NCBI GenBank assembly: GCA_966243015.1
Contig: CBIMES010000001.1
Span: 426,076-490,075 of the forward strand
DNA from: an uncultured bacterium
Lineage (GTDB): Bacteria; Patescibacteriota; Minisyncoccia; Phycocordibacterales; UBA6065
Reading direction: 5' to 3'
DNA length: 64,000 nucleotides
The translations under genes and the position numbers were made by a program. A model generated the notes under the pieces. That model was not told the origin of the DNA. It ran no database searches and saw only the letters and a list, made by a program, of their open reading frames with translations. Shown one piece after another: positions 1-9,189 of the stretch. The stretch's first letter is position 1, and every line of letters starts with the position of its first letter.

Positions 1-3000
1 TGTGGCGATTGAGAACCTAACCTCGGTCTCGCTGTTCGCCGTCACCGAGACATTTGATATGGCAGGGTTCTGCGTGTCGACGTCTTCCTGGTTTTCGAGA
101 AGCGCGGTGTCGATGAGTCGGACAATGTTCTGGACACGAACGCCCCTAAAGGTCTCCATCTGACCCGCGACAATGATTTTGTTCTCGGAGTCAATGTCAA
201 AAGAATAAACCGTATCCTCGAAACCGCCGCCATCGCCGCCTGTCGGGAAGCTCGGATCGACAGCTCCGTTCGGGAGGAGCTTCATGATTCTCCTTCCGTA
301 GACGAGGCTCTCACCCTCCTTGGCTATATGGCCAAACGATCCCGCGATGAGGATACTACCGTCCTCAAGTACGCGCATATCGTTAATCTGACCATCGAGA
401 GATCTCAGGCCGAAACCCCTGTCGAGGGTCATATCCGAATTCAATCGAGTCAGTGAATAGGGGGTCGAATTCGAGGTTCTCCTGAAGAATCCGCTAATGA
501 GGAGCTTGCCGTCAGGCTGCATGATCATCTTGTTGAGGCCAAATCTATGGAAGCCAAAATTGTCCGATATGATTTCGTCTATCGAGCCGTCCGCGTTGAG
601 GCGCACGAGCTCCTCATAGTCGTTGTTGGCGATGACTTCGGCGCTCACGATAATCTTTCCGTCACCGTCAACAAGAATCTCCGAGTCGCCCGAATCGACG
701 TCGAAGATCTCGCTATCAAGGGTGAACGTCTCGTCGAGCGAGCCGTCCGCGTTGAGGCGCACGAGGGAGAGCGTCTGATTCGTATCCGTGCCGACCATGA
801 TCTTGTCGCCTGGGTACGATACCACCTCCCATATGCCCAGGCCGTCGATGACCTCGTCCATCTGGAACGTCTCGTCGAGCGAGCCGTCCGCGTTGAGGCG
901 AGCAAGGCCGAAATCACCCCAAACCATAATCTTCTCGTCTGAATCGACGAAGAAGCCGCCGACCCCATCATTTACGATTGGCTCAGGGACCCATGACTCA
1001 TCGACGGTTCCGTCGTTGTTAACCATAAGGAGCGTTTGGGTATAGCTGCCGTTGAAGCCGCCAACCGCGAGATACTTGCCATTTGAAAGAGCCTTTATCT
1101 TAACCGCGTTAGGAAAACCGGAGCCATATCCGCCCCACACATTGAAAGACTCGTCCTGGATGCCGGTCTCGTCAAACCTCCTCAGGCTGCGGCCTCCCGT
1201 CATGTCACTTACGACAATCTTGCCGTCGGACTGAAGCGCGATCGAGGTCACCTCGTTATATTTAACTATCGGCTGAAGACTCTGATCGAGGCTTCCGTCG
1301 GCGTTGAGCATGAAGACGGCGCTCGCGATATCCTCGTCGGACTCGGTTGTGTAGATGCTGAAGTCTCCTCCCACGAGCATTTTCCCGCCGACGAGGAAGA
1401 CGATTGAGTCGATGGGGCCGTTTAGACCAAATCTTGACTCAGTCTCAGTCTGCTCGTCGTACGAATACGTTGGGATCAGGAAAGAGGTGTCTTTGGTTCC
1501 GTCTGAATTGAGGCGGACTGAGGTGTACGCCAGCTCGCCGTCAAACTCCGTGAAGTTTCCACTCACGATAATCTTGCCATCAGGCTGCACGGCCACGAAT
1601 CTTGTGGAGGAATTAAAACCGTCGCCGAGATTTGTCGAGAACGCGGTATCAAGAGAACCGTCCGCGTTCAGGCGAACCAGCCCCCGGGGAACGGACACCT
1701 CGTCGTACGACTCAAAGTCTCCCGCGACAAGAATCTTTCCGTTAGGCTGAACCTGGATATGACTCACGTCGCCATCAAAGCCCAATCCTGTCTGGAAAGA
1801 GGTGTCGAGCGAACCATCGGCGTCAAGAAGGACGATTGGGCCAACCTGCTGTCCGTCAAACTCAGAGAAATAACCCGACACAAAGAGCCCGCCGTCCGCC
1901 GCGAGAGATATATCGAGTGCCTGGTCGTTGAAGCCGTCGCCCACGTCAAAACCCTCGTCGAGCGACCCGTCTGAGTTGAGGCGCACGATGCGACCCACGT
2001 TCTCGCCGTCAAACTGAGTAAACTCACCTACGGCAATAATGTCGCCGCTTGAGAGACGCTTGATGTCATTTACCTGGGCGTTGAAGCCGTTGCCGACGTC
2101 GAAAGAAGAATCCTCGGTGCCGTCACCGTTAAGCCTTCGGATACCGCCCATGAAATCACCTCCGACAATTGATTTATCGTCAGGCTGAATAACCAAGGCT
2201 CGCACCACACCGTCGATTCCCGTGGGCCTAAAGGTCTGATCAAGGAGGAGAGCTGAATCATTGTCAGCGACCGCGACCACGACGTTATCCGCATCAATGT
2301 CGTCATAGTCATCGTCAGAGCTCGACACTGAGGCGATAATCTGGTCGATCTCGTTGCCCTCAATCACCGAGTCGTTGATCGCGGTGACCGTGGTGTAAAA
2401 CGTCGGCGCGGCTCCGTAAAGCTCCGGATCGTCCCAATCCGAAGGGTCGAAGGTAAATGTGGTGGTCGAGAACTGTATCTCGTCGTTAAGCGAAGAAAGG
2501 TTGACCGTTACAGGGGCAGACGGTTTTGTGTTGAGGCCGACGGTGATTGTGTGGTCAGTGTGCCAATCTTCAACCTCATCCCCCTCGCGCACGGAGAGGG
2601 TTCGAGGAGCGAGGACGACGCCCGGATCAAGGGAAAGGAGCACCACACCGCCCACGTCATAGGTGGCGTATCCCACTTGATACTCGTCGACGTAACCACC
2701 TCCCATAAACAGGCGACCGTCGGAAAGCAGGGCCAGAGTTCTTATCTCAGCGTTATACAATCCCCCCGCTATGCTCGTCGGCATCGTATCGTCGAGAGAC
2801 CCGTCCGCGTTGAATCGAATAAGCGTGAGATACTGTTTGTCGTCGTAACTGTCGAAACCCCCGGCAACGAGCAACTTCCCATCATCCTGAACGAGGAGCG
2901 CGTAGACAGGAGCGCCCCAAAACTCACCCTCAAGCGAAAAAGTGTTATCTATGGTGCCATCAGAGTTAAGTCGTGCGACATTCGAAGACGAGGCGTTTCC

Positions 3001-3924
3001 GTAGCTCGAGAACTGACCTCCAATGTACATCTTGCCGTCTGAAAGAAGGGCAATGTCGTTAACGCCGTAAGACGCGTACTGTCGATCGTCCACAGTCGCA
3101 AAGGATTCGTCAGTCGAACCATCTGCGTTAAGCCTCATGAGCCTGTACGACTCGTCATCGAGAGTCGAGTCCTCCTCGCACTCAGGCTCATCCTCATAGT
3201 CGCAGGTGTAGTCGTACTCGCCGTCGGCACCCTTATAGAAAAAGCTTCCCGCGACCACAATTTTGCCGTCTGGCTGCATGACCATCCTCTCCGCGGTGAC
3301 GTACAGATACTCAAACTTAGGGTCTATCGAGAAACTGTTGTCTATGCTTCCATCGCTATTAAGCCGAAGAATGCCCCTTACGTCCTCGCCCCGGTACGTT
3401 CCCCCGTTTGAGGCAAAAGCGGCGAGATAGTCACCATCCTCAAGCGCAATAACATCCCAGATTCCACCCGTGTTGGATCCCCCCGTCGACGGGTCGAAAG
3501 TCTCATCGAGCGTCCCGTCAGCATTGAGCCGAAGGATTCCCTCTGCGTCCTGGCCGTTGAACGACTCGAAGCTTCCGTATACGAGCATCTTGCCATCGTC
3601 AAGAATGTGAACGCCCCTCACGGACCCGCCGTCAAAACCTTCACCCCCGAGATCAAATGTCGAATCGAGGGTGAGATCGGCATTAAGCCTTACAAGCCCA
3701 CCCTGTACGGCGGATCCATTGTACTGATTGAAGCTTCCGCCCACGAGTACCTTTCCGTCCTCAAGCACCTTTACGAGATAAATCTCCGCATCATAGCCGC
3801 TGTAGGTAAACCCGCCGTCCGTCCCGAAGCTCGGATCAATAATCGCCGCGCGAACCGAGGTTGTAAAAGCGAGAGACAGCGCGAGCGCGAGGGCTACCTT
3901 ACAGAGGACGGAAAATCGTTTCAT
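1..3924 (-). CDS. Large secreted delta-60 repeat (DUF5122-like beta-propeller) protein with an internal Calx-beta-like domain; runs off the left edge
   Basis: Not in the ORF track because there is no stop inside the window. Hand translation from ATG 3924 gives MKRFSVLCKVALALALSLAFTTSVRAA (signal peptide), then repeats such as DGKVLVGGSF...LVRLNADLTLDSTF and ILRLNADGTLDETF. The segments I translated near 2240-2580 and at the left edge are in the same frame. Confidence 0.88.
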   Translation of the reverse strand, partial: MKRFSVLCKVALALALSLAFTTSVRAAIIDPSFGTDGGFTYSGYDAEIYLVKVLEDGKVLVGGSFNQYNGSAVQGGLVRLNADLTLDSTFDLGGEGFDGGSVRGVHILDDGKMLVYGSFESFNGQDAEGILRLNADGTLDETFDPSTGGSNTGGIWDVIALEDGDYLAAFASNGGTYRGEDVRGILRLNSDGSIDNSFSIDPKFEYLYVTAERMVMQPDGKIVVAGSFFYKGADGEYDYTCDYEDEPECEEDSTLDDESYRLMRLNADGSTDESFATVDDRQYASYGVNDIALLSDGKMYIGGQFSSYGNASSSNVARLNSDGTIDNTFSLEGEFWGAPVYALLVQDDGKLLVAGGFDSYDDKQYLTLIRFNADGSLDDTMPTSIAGGLYNAEIRTLALLSDGRLFMGGGYVDEYQVGYATYDVGGVVLLSLDPGVVLAPRTLSVREGDEVEDWHTDHTITVGLNTKPSAPVTVNLSSLNDEIQFSTTTFTFDPSDWDDPELYGAAPTFYTTVTAINDSVIEGNEIDQIIASVSSSDDDYDDIDADNVVVAVADNDSALLLDQTFRPTGIDGVVRALVIQPDDKSIVGGDFMGGIRRLNGDGTEDSSFDVGNGFNAQVNDIKRLSSGDIIAVGEFTQFDGENVGRIVRLNSDGSLDEGFDVGDGFNDQALDISLAADGGLFVSGYFSEFDGQQVGPIVLLDADGSLDTSFQTGLGFDGDVSHIQVQPNGKILVAGDFESYDEVSVPRGLVRLNADGSLDTAFSTNLGDGFNSSTRFVAVQPDGKIIVSGNFTEFDGELAYTSVRLNSDGTKDTSFLIPTYSYDEQTETESRFGLNGPIDSIVFLVGGKMLVGGDFSIYTTESDEDIASAVFMLNADGSLDQSLQPIVKYNEVTSIALQSDGKIVVSDMTGGRSLRRFDETGIQDESFNVWGGYGSGFPNAVKIKALSNGKYLAVGGFNGSYTQTLLMVNNDGTVDESWVPEPIVNDGVGGFFVDSDEKIMVWGDFGLARLNADGSLDETFQMDEVIDGLGIWEVVSYPGDKIMVGTDTNQTLSLVRLNADGSLDETFTLDSEIFDVDSGDSEILVDGDGKIIVSAEVIANNDYEELVRLNADGSIDEIISDNFGFHRFGLNKMIMQPDGKLLISGFFRRTSNSTPYSLTRLNSDMTLDRGFGLRSLDGQINDMRVLEDGSILIAGSFGHIAKEGESLVYGRRIMKLLPNGAVDPSFPTGGDGGGFEDTVYSFDIDSENKIIVAGQMETFRGVRVQNIVRLIDTALLENQEDVDTQNPAISNVSVTANSETEVRFSIAT

Positions 3925-4020
3925 GGAAAATGACAAATCTTTCTAAAGAAATAATGAAGATATTATACCCGACAAAGTCACGTAATAGCACAAGCGCCAT
4001 TGGCGCCAAACGGGGAAAAC

Positions 4021-4542
4021 CTAGAACATCTCCTTCTTGATACCCAGGCGGTACCCGATAATGCATGCAACTGGATGAAAAACATAGGTGAGGGCGAGTG
4101 CGAGAAAAGCGACGGGCACGCTCACGAGATCAAAGGCGAGGAACACGGCACACGTAGCGAGCATGTAATCCGCATGGTCTACCCCCACAAGGAACCCGCC
4201 TCGCGGAATGCCGATGCGCCTCTTGATAAAGCTACCCAGAACCCCTCCCACGAGAACAGTAAGGGCCTTGAGATACAAGATGCCCATCGAGTCAGGGACA
4301 AAAGGGTACAAAAGCAAAGGCAGCAAAAGCACGACAGGCAAGCTTAGGAGCCCCTGAGAATCCCCGAGAACCCTCCTCCCGTCACAAAGGACTGTTCCGA
4401 AATCCAAAGGGACGTTGAGGCGCTCAAACACGGGAAAGGACTTTCTCAGGGGACGGAGGAAGTTGAAGGACATGTTGACGACCCAACAGGGGACGGCAAA
4501 CGTCACGGCCGCAAGGAACACGCCTTGAAGCGAGAGACCCAT
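4021..4542 (-). CDS. CDP-archaeol synthase (CarS/DUF46)-like membrane protein
   Basis: PLDFG...DGRRVLGD, GSFIKRRIGIPRG and VDHADY motifs; several TM segments; starts 2 nt after the fba stop. Confidence 0.75.
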   Translation of the reverse strand: MGLSLQGVFLAAVTFAVPCWVVNMSFNFLRPLRKSFPVFERLNVPLDFGTVLCDGRRVLGDSQGLLSLPVVLLLPLLLYPFVPDSMGILYLKALTVLVGGVLGSFIKRRIGIPRGGFLVGVDHADYMLATCAVFLAFDLVSVPVAFLALALTYVFHPVACIIGYRLGIKKEMF

Positions 4543-4544
4543 GA

Positions 4545-5495
4545 CTACGCAAGCTTATTGAAGACACGGAGCTTCTCCTCGACGACGCGCTGCATGGCAG
4601 AAACCGTCGGCCTGAGAAGCTTATACGGAGCAACCTCGTCGGGGGTCGCGGTGACGGACGCCTTGAGCGCATCGCGGAACGCCACGCGAAGCTCGGTATT
4701 CACGTGAATGATGGCGACGCCCGCGTCGATAGCGGCGCGGAAATCGTCGGCAGAATTGCCGGACCCTCCGTGAAGGACGAGCGGAAGGCCAGTCGCCTCA
4801 GAAATCTCCCTGATGCGAGCGATATTAAGAGCCGGGTCAACGCCACCCTTGAGCATGCCATGGATGTTGCCGACCGCCGGCGCAAGCATGTCTACGCCCG
4901 TCGCCTCGGCAAAGCGCTTCGCCTCGTCAGGCTTGGTGAGGAACTCCTCGGAAATCTTCACGCCCTCGGGAATACCGTCAAGAACCTTTGACGACTTGCC
5001 GATGAAGCCGATTTCGGCCTCGACCATGATGTCACGGCCCTCGGCCCTGGCGCTGGAACGAACGTAGTCGACGCACTTTTTCGTGGCCGCCACGTTGTCG
5101 TCGAAATTCTGCTCGGTGCCGTCATAGATGCACGCGTCGTAGCCCGCGTCGACAACCTCCTTCACGCGATCAAATGAATAGGTGTGATCTGCGTTGATGA
5201 AAACAGGTTGGCCCGTCTCGGCGCGATAGCTTTCGACGAGCGCCTTCGCCTGAGCGACCCCAACGAAGTCTCGCTCGCCCTCTGACACGCCGATAATGAC
5301 CGGAATCTCTCGCCCTGACTCCTTGGACACGACCTCGGCAGCCTTCACCACCGCCCAGAAACCCTCGATGTTTGAGATATTGAAGTGGCCGATGGCGACC
5401 TTGCGAGCGAGGGCATCGTTTACGAGCGATCGCAGCGAAGGACCCTTTGAGGCTGACATCGCCGCGGACTTCCCTCCCTTGAAAAATTTGAACAT
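4545..5495 (-). CDS. fba: Class II fructose-bisphosphate aldolase
   Basis: NADH, VEAEIG, APAVGNIHG, LVLHGGSG and VNTELR motifs. Start moved to ATG 5495, which lies 6 nt after TGtTACACT. Confidence 0.92.
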   Translation of the reverse strand: MFKFFKGGKSAAMSASKGPSLRSLVNDALARKVAIGHFNISNIEGFWAVVKAAEVVSKESGREIPVIIGVSEGERDFVGVAQAKALVESYRAETGQPVFINADHTYSFDRVKEVVDAGYDACIYDGTEQNFDDNVAATKKCVDYVRSSARAEGRDIMVEAEIGFIGKSSKVLDGIPEGVKISEEFLTKPDEAKRFAEATGVDMLAPAVGNIHGMLKGGVDPALNIARIREISEATGLPLVLHGGSGNSADDFRAAIDAGVAIIHVNTELRVAFRDALKASVTATPDEVAPYKLLRPTVSAMQRVVEEKLRVFNKLA

Positions 5496-5562
5496 GCGTA
5501 AAGTGTAACACAATAAAAAAGGCCCCAAGGAATTGCTTCCAAGGGGCCAATTGGCCCAAACG

Positions 5563-5913
5563 TTAGCCACAAGGTGACGGCATGCTTCCGACAAGCCGCT
5601 CTTCCATGTCGTGGAGAGCGTTGCGGACCAGCTTTGACACCTGCTCGGGATTTCTGATGGGCTCGCAGAAATCTCGTTGAAACGAACAGACGTAACCATC
5701 GTATTCGAACGACCACTGGACATCGGGCTCGCAATCGCTGCCGAAGACATCGGCGAGCGCCTGAGCGATGGCGCCCGTGGTGTCTCGAATTTCTCGGAGA
5801 ATCGCGGCGAAATAAACCACGGTTCCCTCGATCTTTACGATACCCAGCTTTCCCGACTCGCCAACACCTTGAACGTGCTGGAGGTTTTCGAACTTAACGT
5901 CGCGGACTTTCAT
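5563..5913 (-). CDS. Hypothetical protein (116 aa orphan)
   Basis: ATG-started ORF filling the gap between divergent fba and pfkB; followed by a GGCCCC/GGGGCC hairpin with a T-tract at ~5515-5548. Confidence 0.55.
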   Translation of the reverse strand: MKVRDVKFENLQHVQGVGESGKLGIVKIEGTVVYFAAILREIRDTTGAIAQALADVFGSDCEPDVQWSFEYDGYVCSFQRDFCEPIRNPEQVSKLVRNALHDMEERLVGSMPSPCG

Positions 5914-6108
5914 ACATCAATGAACGAACCAGACACAGTGAATCGCATGTTTTGAGAGCCCAATTCGTTGGCTCAAGAGCGCGTGCCGTCATAGGGCGAC
6001 TCCGTACTCTACCTTTCATAATTATACACCCAAAAATAGGTATTTGTCAATATGCAAAAACCCCTGTTTTCAAAGGCTTTTCAGGGACAAACTTGGTACA
6101 ATATCCGC

Positions 6109-7104
6109 ATGTTTTCAAAACCAACAGACTTCCTGGCGATCGGTGACACGGTGACCGACGCATTCATTAGACTCAAGGAAGCCCACGTCACCTGTACCAT
6201 CGATAAGGACAACTGCGAGCTCTGCATGAAGTTCGGCGACAAGATCCCCTACGAGTCCGTCACCATCGTGAAGGCAGTCGGCAACAGCGCAAACGCCGCG
6301 GTGTCGGCGGCGCGACTCGGCCTCCGCTCTTCCCTCCTCACCAATCTCGGAGACGACCAGAACGGCAGGGACGCCCTCATCGAGCTCAAGAGAAATGGCG
6401 TCGACACGAAACACATCAGCCTCAGCAAAGGCATCGAGACCAACTACCACTACGTGCTCTGGTACGGCGACGAGCGAACCATTCTTGTGAAGCATCAGGA
6501 CTTCCCGTATCGCCTGCCGAAGATGAAGAACCCGAAGTGGGTGTACGTCAGCTCCCTCGGCGGCACCTCCTACGAGTATCATCTCGAGATTACAAGATGG
6601 CTCGAGGCGAATCCTGACATCAAGGTCGTCTTCCAGCCCGGAACGTTCCAGATGAACCTCGGTTACGAAAAGCTCGCCGCTCTCTACAGACGCTCGGACA
6701 TCTTCTTCTGCAACAAGGAAGAGGCCCAGCGTATCCTCGGCACGACCGAAGGCGACATCAAGACGCTCATGACGATGATGCGCGAGAAGGGCCCGAAACT
6801 CGTCGTCATCACCGACGGCCCGCGCGGCGCGTATACGTTCGACGGCACCGACGCCTTCTTCATGCCGCCCTACCCTGACCCAAAGGCGCCCTTCGAGCGC
6901 ACCGGCGCGGGCGACGCCTTCGCATCGACCTTCACAGCTGCCATCGCCCTCGGCAAAACCGTGGCGGAGGCCCTGACCTGGGCCCCAATCAACTCGGCCT
7001 ACGTCGTACAGGACATTGGCGCCCAGCGAGGACTCCTCACCCGCGAGCAACTCGAGAAATACCTTGCCACCGCCCCGGCAGACTACAAACCTCAGAAGAT
7101 CTAG
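6109..7104 (+). CDS. PfkB-family carbohydrate kinase
   Basis: GNSANAAVSAARLG, NKEEA and TGAGDAFAS signatures. Start moved to ATG 6109, after TGgTACAAT. Confidence 0.92.
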   Translation: MFSKPTDFLAIGDTVTDAFIRLKEAHVTCTIDKDNCELCMKFGDKIPYESVTIVKAVGNSANAAVSAARLGLRSSLLTNLGDDQNGRDALIELKRNGVDTKHISLSKGIETNYHYVLWYGDERTILVKHQDFPYRLPKMKNPKWVYVSSLGGTSYEYHLEITRWLEANPDIKVVFQPGTFQMNLGYEKLAALYRRSDIFFCNKEEAQRILGTTEGDIKTLMTMMREKGPKLVVITDGPRGAYTFDGTDAFFMPPYPDPKAPFERTGAGDAFASTFTAAIALGKTVAEALTWAPINSAYVVQDIGAQRGLLTREQLEKYLATAPADYKPQKI

Positions 7105-7111
7105 AATGAAC

Positions 7112-7147
7112 GCAAAACTACGCCGGGAATTCCCGGCGGCGTTTTGC
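7112..7147. terminator. Bidirectional terminator-like hairpin
   Basis: GCAAAAC..CGCCGGGAATTCCCGGCG..GTTTTGC between convergent genes. Confidence 0.7.
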
Positions 7148-7154
7148 TGTCTTG

Positions 7155-7712
7155 CTATCTGCCTCTCTTAATATAGTTGCTTCGAGGCCTGAAGAGAAAA
7201 CGGTCGAGCCACGAGAAGAACCAAAGCAAGAGACCGCCGAGAAGCCAGCCGGCAAACACCTGGGAGGGATAATGAACACCGAGATAGACGCGCGAGAGAC
7301 CGACAGCCAGGATTATGAGCAAGACGCCCGAGGTCAGAACCCAGCTGCGTGGATGGCGAAGCCAGATCCACCCAAGCACCGCGACCGAAACAAGCGCGTG
7401 GCCGGAAGGCATCGCGGACGACGCCTCGAGAGCGTATTGGAATATGCCCGCGTCAATCGTGTAGGGCCGAGGCGCGTTGATGAGGGCCTTGAGCCCGTAA
7501 ACCACGCCAAGCGAGCAGAGAAAGATGACGGCAGTCTCAAGAGCGACGCGCTTTTTCTGTATGAGAGCGAGGGCGAGAATGAGAACGACAACCGGAAGGT
7601 ACGGGCTGCCAAAAGAACCCGACACAAGAAGCGCGACGGACTGCCACGCAGGACCAATCGCCTGGATGGCGTAGAGAAGGACCGTGTCGAAATGAGTGAT
7701 CTGCTCAATCAT
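7155..7712 (-). CDS. PAP2-family phosphatase
   Basis: K(x6)RP, PSGH and SRVYLGVHYPSQ motifs. Confidence 0.9.
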   Translation of the reverse strand: MIEQITHFDTVLLYAIQAIGPAWQSVALLVSGSFGSPYLPVVVLILALALIQKKRVALETAVIFLCSLGVVYGLKALINAPRPYTIDAGIFQYALEASSAMPSGHALVSVAVLGWIWLRHPRSWVLTSGVLLIILAVGLSRVYLGVHYPSQVFAGWLLGGLLLWFFSWLDRFLFRPRSNYIKRGR

Positions 7713-7715
7713 GGC

Positions 7716-8501
7716 CTACATGATACTAAGAATCAGGATGCCGACAAGGATACGGTAATAACCGAACGGCACAAGATCCCTCGTCTGCACGTACTTCATG
7801 AAGACGCGAATGACCGCCCAGGCGACGAGGAAGGAGACGACGAAGCCCGTCGCAAGAACCAGCGCCTCGTGGAAGCCCATGCCTGACACGCCCTTGAGAA
7901 GCGCGTATCCCGATGCCGCCGCAATGGTCGGCACAGCAAGGAAGAACGAAAACTCAACCGCGGCCACGCGCGAGACGCCAAGGAAGAGCGCGCCGATGAT
8001 GGTCGCAGCCGATCGAGACGTGCCGGGAACGAGCGCGAGACACTGGGCGATGCCAACGAGGAAGGCCGTGCGGTAGCTCATGCCCTCAACGTTCGCGGCA
8101 CCCTCGCGCTTGGGCATTTTCTCGGAAACAATGAGGAGCACGCCGCCTACGATAAGGGCCACGGCAACCGTCTCGACGCTGAAGAGATGCCCCTGTATCC
8201 AGTCGCCGAAGAGCGCGCCGAGGGCGAGGGCGGGCACGACGGCGACGAGAGTCTTCTTCCAAGTGCCGAATGCGGCCGACGCGGCCTGGCAGCCGCCGAA
8301 CGGCCACAGCCTCCTCCGGAACAAAATGAGCACGGCACAAATGGCCCCCAGCTGTATGACGATGTCGAAGGTCTCGGCAAAACCCGGCGCAAGAGAGAAC
8401 CACTCACCCACGAGGATAAGGTGGCCCGTTGAAGACACCGGAAGGAACTCGGTCACCCCCTCAACTATTCCCAGGACAACGGCACTTAGAAAATCAAACA
8501 T
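7716..8501 (-). CDS. uppP: Undecaprenyl-diphosphate phosphatase (BacA)
   Basis: GIVEGVTEFLPVSSTGHL and PGTSRSAATI motifs. Confidence 0.95.
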   Translation of the reverse strand: MFDFLSAVVLGIVEGVTEFLPVSSTGHLILVGEWFSLAPGFAETFDIVIQLGAICAVLILFRRRLWPFGGCQAASAAFGTWKKTLVAVVPALALGALFGDWIQGHLFSVETVAVALIVGGVLLIVSEKMPKREGAANVEGMSYRTAFLVGIAQCLALVPGTSRSAATIIGALFLGVSRVAAVEFSFFLAVPTIAAASGYALLKGVSGMGFHEALVLATGFVVSFLVAWAVIRVFMKYVQTRDLVPFGYYRILVGILILSIM

Positions 8502-8513
8502 GGCGCAGTGGAA

Positions 8514-9089
8514 TTACATGGTTACCTTCTGCACATTCGCCCTCTTGAGAAGCTCGGCCCGAAGTCGCTCGGCCACCTCCCTGTCTATGGACGGTATTAC
8601 CCCTTCGTCGTGCTGGACGCCCTTCTTGCTGTCGTCGCCCTCGGCACTCACCTCGTCGCGACTCGCCGTGTATATGACAAGGCGACTGAGGCCCGCGATC
8701 TGCTGAGTAATCGTCCTCTCTATGTCGATGTTCTGTATCTGTCGGTACGGAATCGCGGTCTCCTGCTTGGTGAAGACTCCGCGACGGATGCGAAGGGCGT
8801 CCTCGGCAAGGAGGAATCCGGAATTCCTATACACAAGCCAGCTCGACAGGAAGCCAGCGGCCAAGGCAACGGCGGCAAAAGCGAGAAGGGCCCACGACGC
8901 GACGCGAACGAGAGGGGCGACGTCAGGCGAGACAAACGACTGCGCGCGGACAAGGGAAAGACCGAATGCCGCAAGAAGAAAGAAAACGCCCGCGCCGATC
9001 CTCTTTGACACGAGGAACCAGAAGGTCTTCTGGCCAAGCGGCTGGTAGGTTGAGCCGGAAAACGCCTCGACAGATAAGTCTGTGTACAT
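8514..9089 (-). CDS. Membrane protein with bacterial PH domain (YdbS-like)
   Basis: Two TM helices, then LRIRRGVF...IPYRQIQNIDI. Confidence 0.8.
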   Translation of the reverse strand: MYTDLSVEAFSGSTYQPLGQKTFWFLVSKRIGAGVFFLLAAFGLSLVRAQSFVSPDVAPLVRVASWALLAFAAVALAAGFLSSWLVYRNSGFLLAEDALRIRRGVFTKQETAIPYRQIQNIDIERTITQQIAGLSRLVIYTASRDEVSAEGDDSKKGVQHDEGVIPSIDREVAERLRAELLKRANVQKVTM

Positions 9090-9189
9090 AGATGGAATTA
9101 TACTATACGAGTCAGGCTAAGCGGAACAAAGGCCGGTGCCCTAGGGCGCCGGCCTTTGGTGCCTTGTCAGGTCCGCCCGCCCTCACTGC

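Noticed and set aside
580-905. Three spaced near-identical repeats resembling a CRISPR array
   Set aside because: They are in-frame codons of delta-60 repeats about 140-155 nt apart, and no cas genes are present
42-3933. The many short ORF-track entries in the first 4 kb
   Set aside because: They are shadow frames of the single long minus-strand gene
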